A DNA stretch of 64,000 nucleotides from Euryarchaeota archaeon UBA19 (GCA_002502175.1 DAPQ01000060.1:7784-71783); one strand, 5' to 3'. Counted from the first letter of the stretch, positions 9,829-19,718 are shown. Notes: generated from the sequence alone by a model not told the origin. Made by a program: numbers and translations.

Positions 9829-10565
9829 CGGAATTCCAGAAGTGAGGTTTGACCAAACGGCAATTGTGCCCAAATCATTTCCCTATCAAGGGACAAAAGG
9901 TGTAATCTCTTTCTTGCCAAACCACCATTAGATTTTTTCGAGCGTGGTTCATCAATCCTAAGTATATCATCTGTAAATTGTCTCAGAATCTCGCGCATAT
10001 CCTTGCTTAACGGTGGTGATGAATTACGACTTGATGTGAGAACCACCAAGGAATTCGAATCTTTACTAATATCCCTACATCGTTGAAGTGTTGCCTTCAA
10101 CAAAGAGCGTCCCTCCGATTTCTTAAGTTGAGCATCCATAAACATCCTAGGTATTTGTGAAATCACGATTATTCTTCCCTCTATCAGTCTATTCGGTGAA
10201 TTTTTTGATCCGGCTTCATTAGACAGTCGTTGAATAATCGACGCTGTTTGGTGAGCTGTGAAACCACGACATATATGGAAATTCGACAATACTTCACGAT
10301 TTTTACAACCTCGTATTCGCAACAAAGGAAGAAGAGGGGAAGGGTCGAATGCCATCCCTCCATCAATCCAATGTACTGGTATAGATTCAGACAAATCGTT
10401 AGCAACCATTCGTAATAACGCACCTTGGAATTCCTTTCTATGTTGATCAATAAGAAGGACAGAGGGCACCTTTGGTTTTGGTAATACTAGATCTATTGCT
10501 GAATCACCCCAAGAAATACTCGTTGGCCGAGACATAGTCTGAAGGCAATACAAATCACCTATCAA
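9714..10565 (-). CDS. RadB/RecA-superfamily paralog lacking Walker A and the Walker B Asp (predicted ATPase-dead)
   Basis: Collinear with RadB: 'ISWGDSAIDLVL' (cf. TGxxxLDxLLGGG), 'VHWIDGGMAFDPSPLL' (cf. VAYVDTEGGFSPERL), 'IIVISQIPRMF' (cf. LVVVDSFTAHY), 'SLVVLTSS' (cf. VAVIVVNQ). At the P-loop position it has 'DQHRKEFQG' instead of GxxGxGKT. Confidence 0.45.
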   Translation of the reverse strand: MIGDLYCLQTMSRPTSISWGDSAIDLVLPKPKVPSVLLIDQHRKEFQGALLRMVANDLSESIPVHWIDGGMAFDPSPLLPLLRIRGCKNREVLSNFHICRGFTAHQTASIIQRLSNEAGSKNSPNRLIEGRIIVISQIPRMFMDAQLKKSEGRSLLKATLQRCRDISKDSNSLVVLTSSRNSSPPLSKDMREILRQFTDDILRIDEPRSKKSNGGLARKRLHLLSLDREMIWAQLPFGQTSLLEFRHIQTSRLDCLFEPAVTTSSFQPKGDSIEVAARTASGV

Positions 10566-10612
10566 TCAGCCAACGAGAGAGAGGTATTGAGTCGGTTAGT
10601 GAAAGTAATGCT

Positions 10613-12763
10613 TCACAATAATTGAGATTCGTCGTCTTCGTTTGTAGGTTGATTTTGGTTAATTGGTTTAGGATTGGATGTAGGCATCAATGAAATCGCG
10701 AGTAAAACGAAAATAACCATGATTGCATTGCTAGGTTGAACGAGCCAAGAAAGAGGGCTATCCCCGTTAAATGATGATTGTGCAGTAAGTGTAACAGGAA
10801 CTCTTTGTTCTAGTCCAAAGGAGTCGACGAAAACGATTTCACCTTCTGCAATCATACCTGGATTCAATAATCCATCAGGGACTATGTTTAGGACGATTTC
10901 AGGGCATGCTTGTAATTCACCAGCGGTTTGGACTGTGGCTATTCGAGAGAGTGCTCCCTCGACTGCGATAGAGTATGTTCGTGAACCTTCACCCAAGCAA
11001 GATGTGGATAGTTTGAGCTGGGAGTTTTCATCCCAAGGAATAACCGCAGTAAGGTGTTCCGAAGTGATTCTATGACCTATGGAATACCAGTCTAAGTCAA
11101 TTTGCCAATTCTCTTCCCCTTCACAACCAATTGTGCCTCGAAGATATCCTGAACCCTGAGCCATTTGGTTGGCGGTAGCAAGTTCTACTGTAGATTCCCC
11201 TTGCTCAATTGAAACGATTCTTGGAGCGAACCCTTCTGAATTGGTTGAAGTATAGACGTCAATTTCTAATTGACAAGGAGTTTCTGCAAATACTGTGGCA
11301 AAAATTGTTTCTTGTCCGAGAATTTCCAAAGGACCTCTAGGAGGCAATACATCGACAGTCGTAGGATTTTCAGGATAATCGAAATTAATTGTTGTCTCTT
11401 CAGAATTGATACTCTCAATTGTCGCTGTCCATTGTACCAAACGACCTCGACTATCTCGTATTTGCATGCCATTTGCTCCCAATTGATCTCCTTGGGTAAA
11501 AGCGTCCCCGGGTGCGCCACTATCTCGGCCTCGTTGCAAGGCCGCATCGCCATCCGCTTCGAGAATTTTCAGCCACGCCTTTTCCGGGTCCGTGTTGACA
11601 AGGTTGTTACCTTCATCGCCATTATTTTGATCTTGAATTTCGACAATGACTCCATGGCCAGGCAGGGCCGAATCGAATCCCGAATTGACTCTAAGTGTGA
11701 ATCGGACCCATTCATTTGGTGCAATTGGAATTTCAAGGTATGAACCTCCTTGAGATATTCCTTGGATAGTATAATTGGAAAAATTCGGATCTACCTGAAT
11801 ACCTCGCTTGACCCCAATTAGGTCAAGAGTAGAGGAGGAGGGCAGGGCAGGTATTGCACCATTGCCGTTCCAATTACCACTAGCCATTATCCCCCAGTCA
11901 CCAATGCCATTCCAATTACTGGTTGGCAAATCGCTGTGAACATCATACAAATCTAAAGCACCCATTTGGTGTAACATTTCATGCACAACTGTACCTACAC
12001 CAGAATGTACTGAAGCGATTGTGAAGTGTTCAATTCTCCAATCTCCAATTTCTAATGGTTCTTGCATTCCTGTGAAGTGGCTCCAAAGTGAATCAGTGCC
12101 ACCATTCATTTCCTGAGGTTGTGCAGAGTGCAGAATTAGTATTCTGTCGATTACTCCATCCGAGTTCGGGTCCCAATTGGAAAGGTCAATTCCTTGTAGT
12201 TGGTCTGAGGCAACATCACGAAGCAAAGTTTCAGCCCCATTCCCATCTGCACCATGATCTCTCTCTCCGGCAACATCTTCACCCCAATTTTTGACTCCAT
12301 ATGGTGCTTGCCAAACTTCGTCAAATAATGTCACTGATAATGACGAAGACCCAGCAGTCATTTGGTCAATGTATTCCTCAGCAGAACCATCTCCGATTAG
12401 AATATCTGAGGCGGTTGTAGTTGAAAATTGGTCATTCGGAAATTCAACTTGAAGGACTAACCATTGTTCATCAATCTGAACTCCCAATAATGGAAGCCCA
12501 CTATCGTCATCATTGGACACTCGATTGGAGGCCCAATTATCGACCATATCGGAATTAAAATGCACATATATGGCACCTAGCAACAACAAAGCCACTAGCC
12601 CTGCCCTAAGTCCCTTCATACCGATATCGAACATCTCCGTTCCCTTGAAGGGAACGGATTGTTGAATTGTCTTCGCTTCAATTTCAAGGCAATCTACGAT
12701 ATTCTGACGAGTAAAACTGCAAAGATTGTTTTCTCCAGTTTGGTAAATTAGAATTGTCTTCAT
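10613..12763 (-). CDS. secreted zincin metallopeptidase (HExxH) with C-terminal membrane anchor
   Basis: N-terminal signal/TM 'LVALLLLGAIYVHF'. 'VVHEMLHQMGALDLYD' is an HExxH zinc-binding motif. Gly/Asn-rich beta regions. C-terminal hydrophobic helix 'AIMVIFVLLAISLM' followed by an acidic tail. Confidence 0.55.
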   Translation of the reverse strand: MKTILIYQTGENNLCSFTRQNIVDCLEIEAKTIQQSVPFKGTEMFDIGMKGLRAGLVALLLLGAIYVHFNSDMVDNWASNRVSNDDDSGLPLLGVQIDEQWLVLQVEFPNDQFSTTTASDILIGDGSAEEYIDQMTAGSSSLSVTLFDEVWQAPYGVKNWGEDVAGERDHGADGNGAETLLRDVASDQLQGIDLSNWDPNSDGVIDRILILHSAQPQEMNGGTDSLWSHFTGMQEPLEIGDWRIEHFTIASVHSGVGTVVHEMLHQMGALDLYDVHSDLPTSNWNGIGDWGIMASGNWNGNGAIPALPSSSTLDLIGVKRGIQVDPNFSNYTIQGISQGGSYLEIPIAPNEWVRFTLRVNSGFDSALPGHGVIVEIQDQNNGDEGNNLVNTDPEKAWLKILEADGDAALQRGRDSGAPGDAFTQGDQLGANGMQIRDSRGRLVQWTATIESINSEETTINFDYPENPTTVDVLPPRGPLEILGQETIFATVFAETPCQLEIDVYTSTNSEGFAPRIVSIEQGESTVELATANQMAQGSGYLRGTIGCEGEENWQIDLDWYSIGHRITSEHLTAVIPWDENSQLKLSTSCLGEGSRTYSIAVEGALSRIATVQTAGELQACPEIVLNIVPDGLLNPGMIAEGEIVFVDSFGLEQRVPVTLTAQSSFNGDSPLSWLVQPSNAIMVIFVLLAISLMPTSNPKPINQNQPTNEDDESQLL

Positions 12764-13790
12764 CTAACCAATTTAGTCCGTCTAATTCAGTTTGATTGGA
12801 TTCAATGTAAGAGCGAATATCGATTGGTAAAGGATATCCATTACATCCAGTGATAGTCAAGCGAGTGAGTGAATTGCGTTGCACCATTTCTCTCAATGCC
12901 AATTGTTCATTTTCGTCCAAACATAGCGCACTTGGTCGTAGAATTGGTATTTTTTGGTGCAACCAATTTTCCTTAAATGACGGGCAAGCCCCATCACATG
13001 AACAGTCAACTAAAGCTATTTTTTGAATAGTACCATCTTTGTTGACAAACTGGGTAAATTCTGGATTACGCGGTCCCAATGGACCTTTTGGCACTGTTCT
13101 AGATATTACCTCAGCAGTTACCAATACTAATATTGCAATCAAAATTCTAAGTCCCTCGAAAATTTCTGGTAGGGTCAAAATTAGCAAACCACCGACAATA
13201 GCAAAGACTCGGTTTCTAAATCTACTCCGGCCTTCTTCAACCAAACCAAATAATCTTGAGAGGGAAAGGAATAGTGTAGAAGTAAATGTAAGAATTAAGA
13301 TCCAAGAAATACCACTAGCCAAAGAAAATAACTCTGATGCGTCATATCTCGGAGTGACTGAAGAAATAGAGTCTAGTTGAATACCTGCTTCGATGTAATA
13401 AGGAATCATACTAAACCATACCCAATACAAAATGCTCGGAACAATTATTGCATTCAAAATCAAGTATGTATCTAGCCACCTCTTCTCATTAGGTAGAAGT
13501 CCTGCATTGGCGAAAAATCTCAAATCGAGAGAAAAAAATGGAAGTGAAATGACAGATGCAATAATGATTACAGCCATGAATCTCATTTCTATCCAATCAT
13601 AAGGACCATAGACAGATAGAGCGCCTGAGGGTGACTGAGAAAGGCTCCAATTATTGAGGATTGTTTCGACCCAAATTGTTGTTACTGCAGAAGCAATAAG
13701 AAATACAAACGCACTCCTTCGGATTAAAGAGTGTAAATCTTCCAAATGGCTAGTGACCGGTTTACGGTCTACTAGACTACTGTTTGACAT
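12684..13790 (-). CDS. tatC: TatC-like Sec-independent translocase subunit with ~110-aa Cys-rich C-terminal extension
   Basis: N-terminal 'SHLEDLHSLIRRSAF' resembles the TatC start motif (HLxELRxRL). 'NAGLLPNEKRW' is the conserved TatC loop motif. There are six predicted TM helices. The C-terminal extension carries 'CSCDGACPSF' and 'TGCNGYP'. Confidence 0.45.
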   Translation of the reverse strand: MSNSSLVDRKPVTSHLEDLHSLIRRSAFVFLIASAVTTIWVETILNNWSLSQSPSGALSVYGPYDWIEMRFMAVIIIASVISLPFFSLDLRFFANAGLLPNEKRWLDTYLILNAIIVPSILYWVWFSMIPYYIEAGIQLDSISSVTPRYDASELFSLASGISWILILTFTSTLFLSLSRLFGLVEEGRSRFRNRVFAIVGGLLILTLPEIFEGLRILIAILVLVTAEVISRTVPKGPLGPRNPEFTQFVNKDGTIQKIALVDCSCDGACPSFKENWLHQKIPILRPSALCLDENEQLALREMVQRNSLTRLTITGCNGYPLPIDIRSYIESNQTELDGLNWLDEDNSNLPNWRKQSLQFYSSEYRRLP

Positions 13791-13791
13791 T

Positions 13792-14823
13792 TTACATCAC
13801 ATCGTGGACGGTTGGCTCTGCTTTAGCCGAACGTACAGTTCGATACACCCCATATGAGGCCCAAGCGGCTATGAACCAAGCACATCCAATAACGAAGTCA
13901 TGTTGACCGCCGTTGGCAGACCAGTCGACTGCAAAGAAGAAGGCAATGACTGCAACTAGTCCACGCCTGACACCTTGTGGATAGGCCAATTCCATGGCTA
14001 AGTATTCCGGACCTGGGCCATGGCGTCTTTCGAGGATTTCCCGTTGGAACACGGCGCCTACGATTAGGGCGGTAAGGGAAGTCCAGTAAAACAGGTTACC
14101 ACTTTCAAATACTCTATCGGAAAGGTTCTTTTGTCGTTCTTTTTCTTTTTCAGCCTCACTTTCTTCAAGGACGAAGAGTGTTTGGTAATCACCAACAGCA
14201 ATTGTTCGAGTTTGCAAGGTTGCATCACCATCTCCCGCTGCAATAGTACCTGGTGGATTAATCGAAAAAGTCAGAACATTCCAGTAATCATACTCATTTG
14301 GAATCCCGTCTCCATTAACTGAATTTCCGGCTATACTGAAGAGTATTGTATCTGAATCAGATGATGGTGCGGTCCAAGTGATGGTCCAAACTCCATCACT
14401 GGTTTCTGAATGTGATATAGCATTTTCATCTCCATCAGCTTCTCTAATCTCTTGTGAATCATCCCAAGAGAAAGTCCCAGCGCCATTATCTGTTAGGAGG
14501 AATCCAGCTTTGGTGTTACCGTCCGCTCCAGCCAGAGTTACAGAATCAGCCACTGTGATTACAAACTCGTACGACTGATCTGATTCGTACATAACTGGGA
14601 CTCCTGAGACCATAACAACGGCTCTGTCACCCGGACTGGAATAATGACAAGTACACCCGTATTTGGCAGTCTCTTGATTATCTGAATTAAGATATGGTGG
14701 GCCACCGCTGTTGGCGAATGCTGGGATTGCTAGTAATCCTACTAGGCATAGAGCAACAACGAGCTTTGTTGGACGCACCATCATCAAGACCTCCTGTTTT
14801 CGTTGCGACCTCGTCAAACACAT
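13792..14823 (-). CDS. exported protein of a 'GCTCH...GNSVNGDGIP' family (paralog of 62236-63054), C-terminal TM anchor
   Basis: Signal peptide 'LVVALCLVGLLAIPAFANS'. Shared blocks with the 62236 ORF: 'YGCTCHYSSPGD', 'WTITWTAP', 'GNSVNGDGIPNEYDYWN'. Hydrophobic helices near the C-terminus. Confidence 0.4.
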   Translation of the reverse strand: MCLTRSQRKQEVLMMVRPTKLVVALCLVGLLAIPAFANSGGPPYLNSDNQETAKYGCTCHYSSPGDRAVVMVSGVPVMYESDQSYEFVITVADSVTLAGADGNTKAGFLLTDNGAGTFSWDDSQEIREADGDENAISHSETSDGVWTITWTAPSSDSDTILFSIAGNSVNGDGIPNEYDYWNVLTFSINPPGTIAAGDGDATLQTRTIAVGDYQTLFVLEESEAEKEKERQKNLSDRVFESGNLFYWTSLTALIVGAVFQREILERRHGPGPEYLAMELAYPQGVRRGLVAVIAFFFAVDWSANGGQHDFVIGCAWFIAAWASYGVYRTVRSAKAEPTVHDVM

Positions 14824-14863
14824 AACCCTTGCTCGTTCGCCTCCCCTAGGGAGGCGGTGTAAT

Positions 14864-16294
14864 CTACAACTCCTTTACTGCGGCATTGAGTTCGTTCATC
14901 ATCTTCTTTCCATCACCGAATAGCATCATGGTTTTATCCATGTAAAATAAATCATTGTCTACTCCGGCATAGCCAACTGACAAACTTCTCTTGATGATTA
15001 CAACTGTTCGGGCCATGTCTGCGTCGATGATTGGCATTCCAGCGAGTGGACCTTCTTTTGTTCTAGCGGCAGGGTTACAGGTATCATTTGCTCCGATAAT
15101 TAGGGCTATATCTGCCTCTGGCATCTCAGGATTAATTTCATCCATTTCGATTAATTGATCGTAGGGGACATTAGCCTCGGCCAGTAGGACATTCATGTGG
15201 CCAGGCATTCTGCCTGCAACTGGATGGATTGCATACTTCACCTCGGTGTCAAATTTCTCTGATACTAAGTCTGCAAATTCCTTGACTTGGTGTTGACATT
15301 GGCTTACAGCCATACCATATCCAGGTACTATGATTACCTTCTGAGCACCATCAACCATCATCGCGACTTCGTCTGCGTCGCTTCCGACCTTTGTGCGAGT
15401 TAACTGTTCTTTATCAGACCCGCCAAACGCCTTGAAAAGAACATCAATTAGTTCTCTGTTCATGGCTTTACACATAATGAATGTTAGAATCAAACCACTG
15501 GCACCAACTAAGGAACCAGCGACTATCAAAACACTGTTAGAGATAATGAATCCAGTAAATGCTGCAGCAATACCAGATAGGGAATTTAGCAAGGATACGA
15601 CGACCGGCATATCCGCGCCACCGATAGGCAATACCAACAATATACCGAGTAGACATGAAATTCCAATTATCGCAAATAGGTAATTGGTCTCAGTAGGTTC
15701 TTGGATTGACATATAGATTAGAACTAATGTGCTGAGGAATAACAAAGCCTTGACGGGATTTAACCAAGACGGACCCCAGGTAGGTGTGCGAATCCATTTA
15801 CCAAATAATTCCACGCCACCCTTGAGTTTTAGCATAGCGAGTAAAGACCCGGTTAGCGTCATCCAACCAACCAATGCTGAAAGTCCGGCTGCGACTACCA
15901 TGACTTCTAGTTCGAGACCTGTAGGAATTTCTAGTGTATCATCCTCGATGTATTTCCAGGATTCTGACAGAGCCACCAAGGCTGATGCTGCACCACCAAA
16001 TCCATTGAACAAAGCGACCATTTCAGGCATCCCTGTCATCTCGACGCGGACAGCCATAACCCAACCGATTAAACCGCCTAGAAGTAATCCGCTTCCAATC
16101 AAAATCCAACCTTCAATACCATCTCCTAGTTCCATTTGTAGTACTGTTGTGAGAACCGCTACAAGCATCCCCATTGCGCCTAATTGATTTCCTCGAGGAG
16201 CTGTTCTAGGGTGGGATAATCTCTTCAAGCCGAAGATGAATAGAGTCGCCGAGAGCAGGTATCCAAGGCCAACCCATTGATCATCGATCATCAT
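14864..16294 (-). CDS. pntB: NAD(P) transhydrogenase subunit beta
   Basis: Multi-TM N-terminal half. C-terminal NADP(H)-binding domain 'VIIVPGYGMAVSQCQHQV...HPVAGRMPGHMNVLLAEANVPYD'. Confidence 0.8.
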   Translation of the reverse strand: MMIDDQWVGLGYLLSATLFIFGLKRLSHPRTAPRGNQLGAMGMLVAVLTTVLQMELGDGIEGWILIGSGLLLGGLIGWVMAVRVEMTGMPEMVALFNGFGGAASALVALSESWKYIEDDTLEIPTGLELEVMVVAAGLSALVGWMTLTGSLLAMLKLKGGVELFGKWIRTPTWGPSWLNPVKALLFLSTLVLIYMSIQEPTETNYLFAIIGISCLLGILLVLPIGGADMPVVVSLLNSLSGIAAAFTGFIISNSVLIVAGSLVGASGLILTFIMCKAMNRELIDVLFKAFGGSDKEQLTRTKVGSDADEVAMMVDGAQKVIIVPGYGMAVSQCQHQVKEFADLVSEKFDTEVKYAIHPVAGRMPGHMNVLLAEANVPYDQLIEMDEINPEMPEADIALIIGANDTCNPAARTKEGPLAGMPIIDADMARTVVIIKRSLSVGYAGVDNDLFYMDKTMMLFGDGKKMMNELNAAVKEL

Positions 16295-16602
16295 TGACCA
16301 CCCCTTTTCTTTCCAGCTATCATATTCAACATTCGATTAGTTACTGCGAATCCTCCAACTACGTTGATCATCGCGAGTACTAATGCTATGAAGGCAAGGA
16401 TTCCACTGACTACTGTGTCGCCACCTTCGTAGGCGACATTCGCCCCTAACAGAGCACCAACTATACTGATTCCAGAAATAGCATTAGCTCCACTCATTAG
16501 TGGGGTATGAAGAGTGGCGGGGACTTTGGTGATAAGTTCGAATCCTAAGAAAATAGACATTACAAAAAGCGTTACTGAACCAATTAAAACCGTAGGCTCC
16601 AT
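16291..16602 (-). CDS. pntAB: NAD(P) transhydrogenase alpha subunit, membrane part (PntAB)
   Basis: 103-aa three-TM protein. Its start and end overlap pntAA and pntB by 1 and 4 nt, the canonical pntAA-pntAB-pntB order. Confidence 0.7.
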   Translation of the reverse strand: MEPTVLIGSVTLFVMSIFLGFELITKVPATLHTPLMSGANAISGISIVGALLGANVAYEGGDTVVSGILAFIALVLAMINVVGGFAVTNRMLNMIAGKKRGGQ

Positions 16603-17798
16603 TACAACACACCTCCTAGTTTGCTCTGTTTAGGATGTATTTTTCCATCTGAACATATCAAAACCCCTCCCATTCCAGGGACGTAGAAATCATCTCCTTC
16701 AGGAGCACCTACTAATACATCGTCTTCATCTGAAATTACTAACTCGCCATCAATAAATATCGATGTAATGAAAGTGGTAAGGTTGTTTGAATACAACATG
16801 GAGGCTGTGTTTGCCAACGTGCCTGGGAGATTTCTCACTCCGATTATTGTTACACCGTTTTCTGTGACAACTGTTTCACCCGCAACTGTATCTTCACAAT
16901 TCCCTCCGACATCAGCATTCATGTCAACAATAACAGCACCGGACTTGAATGATTCAACAGCACTACTCGGTACTGTGATAGGTGCTGGCCTTCCAAAAAT
17001 TCTGGCAGTGGTTACAATGATGTCGGCATCGGAAGCGACTCCGCAAACTGTGTCATTGACTTTCTGAATGAACTCCGGAGTGAGTGGTTTTGCATAACCA
17101 GCTTCATCTTCGAAATCATCCATACCATCAACCTCAATGAATCTCCCCCCAACAGACTCTATCTGTTCTGCGGCTGACTTCCTCACATCGGAAGCATAGA
17201 CAATTGCGCCAAGTCTCTTTGCGGTTGCAATGGCTTGTAAACCAGCAACGCCACTACCCATAATCACAACTTTCGCTGGCCTCACAGTTCCTGCAGAAGT
17301 GGTCATCATCGGGATTCCCTTTGGTACTGAGGCGGCGCCCAAGAGTACCGCTTTGTATCCTGCCAGATTGTCTTGACTTGAATTTACATCCATGGATTGT
17401 GCTCTTGACAACCTTCGAGGAATCATATCCATCGACAGAAGGGTGATTCCTGCATCCAAGCAAGCCTGAACTTTTTCAGGATGACGAAACGGATCGGCCA
17501 CGCAAGCGATGACCTGACCCGCATGAAGTTCAGAGACATCTGGTAAGTGAACGGAAATAATTAGCGGAGATTTTAGGACTTCAAGTCTGTTTGAGATAAT
17601 TGCTCCGTTTTCTTCGTATTCGGAATCATAATGATTTGCGGAAATGCCAGCATTAGATTCCACCACTACTTCAAACCCAGACTTACTTAATTTACGAAGC
17701 GATTTCGGCACGATTGCAACCCTTGTTTCGCCTTCAGGTTCCTTCAACACACCTAGTCTCATACAAGTCCCTCGGTTCCTAATGAGCCATAGGCTCAT
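16602..17798 (-). CDS. pntAA: NAD(P) transhydrogenase alpha subunit, NAD(H)-binding part (PntAA)
   Basis: Alanine-dehydrogenase-like fold. 'MRLGVLKEPEGETRVAIVP' start; the likely true start is the internal Met. Rossmann motif 'KVVIMGSGVAGLQA'. Confidence 0.8.
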   Translation of the reverse strand: MSLWLIRNRGTCMRLGVLKEPEGETRVAIVPKSLRKLSKSGFEVVVESNAGISANHYDSEYEENGAIISNRLEVLKSPLIISVHLPDVSELHAGQVIACVADPFRHPEKVQACLDAGITLLSMDMIPRRLSRAQSMDVNSSQDNLAGYKAVLLGAASVPKGIPMMTTSAGTVRPAKVVIMGSGVAGLQAIATAKRLGAIVYASDVRKSAAEQIESVGGRFIEVDGMDDFEDEAGYAKPLTPEFIQKVNDTVCGVASDADIIVTTARIFGRPAPITVPSSAVESFKSGAVIVDMNADVGGNCEDTVAGETVVTENGVTIIGVRNLPGTLANTASMLYSNNLTTFITSIFIDGELVISDEDDVLVGAPEGDDFYVPGMGGVLICSDGKIHPKQSKLGGVL

Positions 17799-17876
17799 GT
17801 CAGGTAAGCATTGCGAGCGGAATTAGATTATTGAATGAAACGGAATAGTCGCCTCATCAAAAATATAGCAACCAAA

Positions 17877-18560
17877 TTAGAACAGAATAACATAAGCAAT
17901 TCCGAAGACCGCCACATCGGCAATAGCATGAGATATCCAGCAGAGGAAAAGTGAGCGGTGACGTAGCCACAATAATGACCAAATCGCTCCAGCAATAAAT
18001 ATACCAATACTGGAAATTACATTTTGCCAAGGCTCAAAATAATAGCCCAACAATACCGTGTGGTGTAAAGTAAAGATTGCCGCTGAAAGTAATACTGTAA
18101 CCGATTCTCGGCCTGTAAATTCAAGGATTCGATCTCCGATAAATTGTCGGAAGACAAATTCTTCCACTAGACTATTGATAGTTATCCAATAGAAAACCCC
18201 GAGGAAAAATATGTGAGGATTCAATAATCCAGTACCTCCGATTTCCTGCTTCATCAAATCCACGTCAAGCGTATCACCAAAGATTAGGAAAATAATCCCA
18301 ACAGCAAGAAAAATTAGGATTCCTGAAACTATTGATTGGTACATTCCTTTAGAATTGATTTCACCCAATGAAAACCGACTTTCTTCAATCCGATATATCC
18401 AATATATCGGTATCAGAATAATCCATAATTTCGCAAAAATAAAGAATATTTGAGACTGTAATTCGGATTCACTCCATGAAAAGGAGAATAGAACTGAAAC
18501 AGTAGGCATTATTGAGACAAGAAACAGGACAAATATTGACAGATGACCTTTCTGCATCAA
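17877..18560 (-). CDS. CPBP-family (CAAX/Abi) intramembrane metalloprotease
   Basis: Motifs 'SLVEEFVFRQF' (EExxxR) and 'FTLHH', 'HAIADVAVFG' within a 6-TM protein. Confidence 0.6.
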   Translation of the reverse strand: MMQKGHLSIFVLFLVSIMPTVSVLFSFSWSESELQSQIFFIFAKLWIILIPIYWIYRIEESRFSLGEINSKGMYQSIVSGILIFLAVGIIFLIFGDTLDVDLMKQEIGGTGLLNPHIFFLGVFYWITINSLVEEFVFRQFIGDRILEFTGRESVTVLLSAAIFTLHHTVLLGYYFEPWQNVISSIGIFIAGAIWSLLWLRHRSLFLCWISHAIADVAVFGIAYVILF

Positions 18561-18667
18561 CCCGTCTAATTCCCTGTATGTGATTAGTATTAGGGCGGCA
18601 TACGACGAACCTAACGCTCACTAAAGGCTAAGCGTGTAATTCTAATCCCGCATATTGAGGATAACAA

Positions 18668-19663
18668 ATGCAAACTACGCAAGAGGGAGAAAAAGCAGCA
18701 ATAAGGGTCGCCATTACTGGAGCTGCTGGTAACATCGGCTATGCTTTATTGTGGAGAATTGCTAGTGGTGATTGCTTTGGAAATAATCAACCCGTAATTT
18801 TACAGTTGCTAGAAATCCCACCAGGAATGCAACGACTTGATGGAGTAATCATGGAACTACGAGATTCTGCTTTCCCATTGGTACACGACATTATTGGCAC
18901 CGACGATCCAGAGGTTGCGTTTAGTGATGCAGATGCAATTTTCCTAGTCGGTTCGCGTCCACGGACCAAGGATATGGATCGTGCAGATCTCGTCGCTGCT
19001 AACGGGCCCATTTTCGTGGGCCAAGGAAAAGCAATAGATGCTGTTGCATCACCTAATGTCAAAGTCATCACCGTAGGTAATCCATGCAATACGAATGCAC
19101 TAATTGCATCGGCAAACGCTGCAAGTATCCCTAGTAGACAATTCACCGCCATGACTAGGCTTGATCAAAACCGTGCGGTTGGGCAAATCGCGGAACAGGC
19201 TCGCGTTCCAGCATCGAAGGTAGAAGACGTATTCATTTGGGGTAATCACTCAAACACTATGTATCCAGATCCAAGGTTTGCAAGGGTAGGCAATGAGTCC
19301 GTTACTGATTTATTCGATAATGAATGGTTACAAGGCGCCTTCCTAGATACTGTAGCAACCCGTGGTAAGGCAATTATCGTAGCACGTGGTGCTTCTTCCG
19401 CCGCATCAGCTGCTTCCGCTGCGGTAGACCACATGAGAGACTGGTGGCAAGGTTCCAATGGCCGGATTGTATCCATGGCACTACCATCAGAAGGATGGTA
19501 CGGAGTTCCAGAAGGCTTAGTGTTTAGTTTCCCTTGCCGATGCGAAGGTGGAGAAATTAACGTGGTTGAAGATTTACCTATTGATGAATTCGCCCAAACC
19601 AAGATAGATGAAAATGTCAAAGCTCTACTCGAGGAACGGGATGCGGTAAGTGAGTTGTTGTAA
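18668..19663 (+). CDS. mdh: malate dehydrogenase (LDH-like MDH, NAD-dependent)
   Basis: '[23 protein letters not shown]...[10 protein letters not shown]' matches the MDH N-terminal signature. The catalytic region is '[10 protein letters not shown]'. Confidence 0.8.
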   Translation: MQTTQEGEKAAIRVAITGAAGNIGYALLWRIASGDCFGNNQPVILQLLEIPPGMQRLDGVIMELRDSAFPLVHDIIGTDDPEVAFSDADAIFLVGSRPRTKDMDRADLVAANGPIFVGQGKAIDAVASPNVKVITVGNPCNTNALIASANAASIPSRQFTAMTRLDQNRAVGQIAEQARVPASKVEDVFIWGNHSNTMYPDPRFARVGNESVTDLFDNEWLQGAFLDTVATRGKAIIVARGASSAASAASAAVDHMRDWWQGSNGRIVSMALPSEGWYGVPEGLVFSFPCRCEGGEINVVEDLPIDEFAQTKIDENVKALLEERDAVSELL

Positions 19664-19718
19664 TCAACGACTGTCAAATATCCATACTAAATCATTTGAG
19701 AGACCGAATGATTAGCCG

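Noticed and set aside
13792-14823. The 'GCTCH' motif as a c-type cytochrome haem-attachment site
   Set aside because: Haem c attachment needs CxxCH (rarely CxnCH with n = 3, 4, 15, or CxxCK). CTCH is CxCH with a one-residue spacing that is not a known haem-binding motif. It is kept only as a generic candidate metal site.
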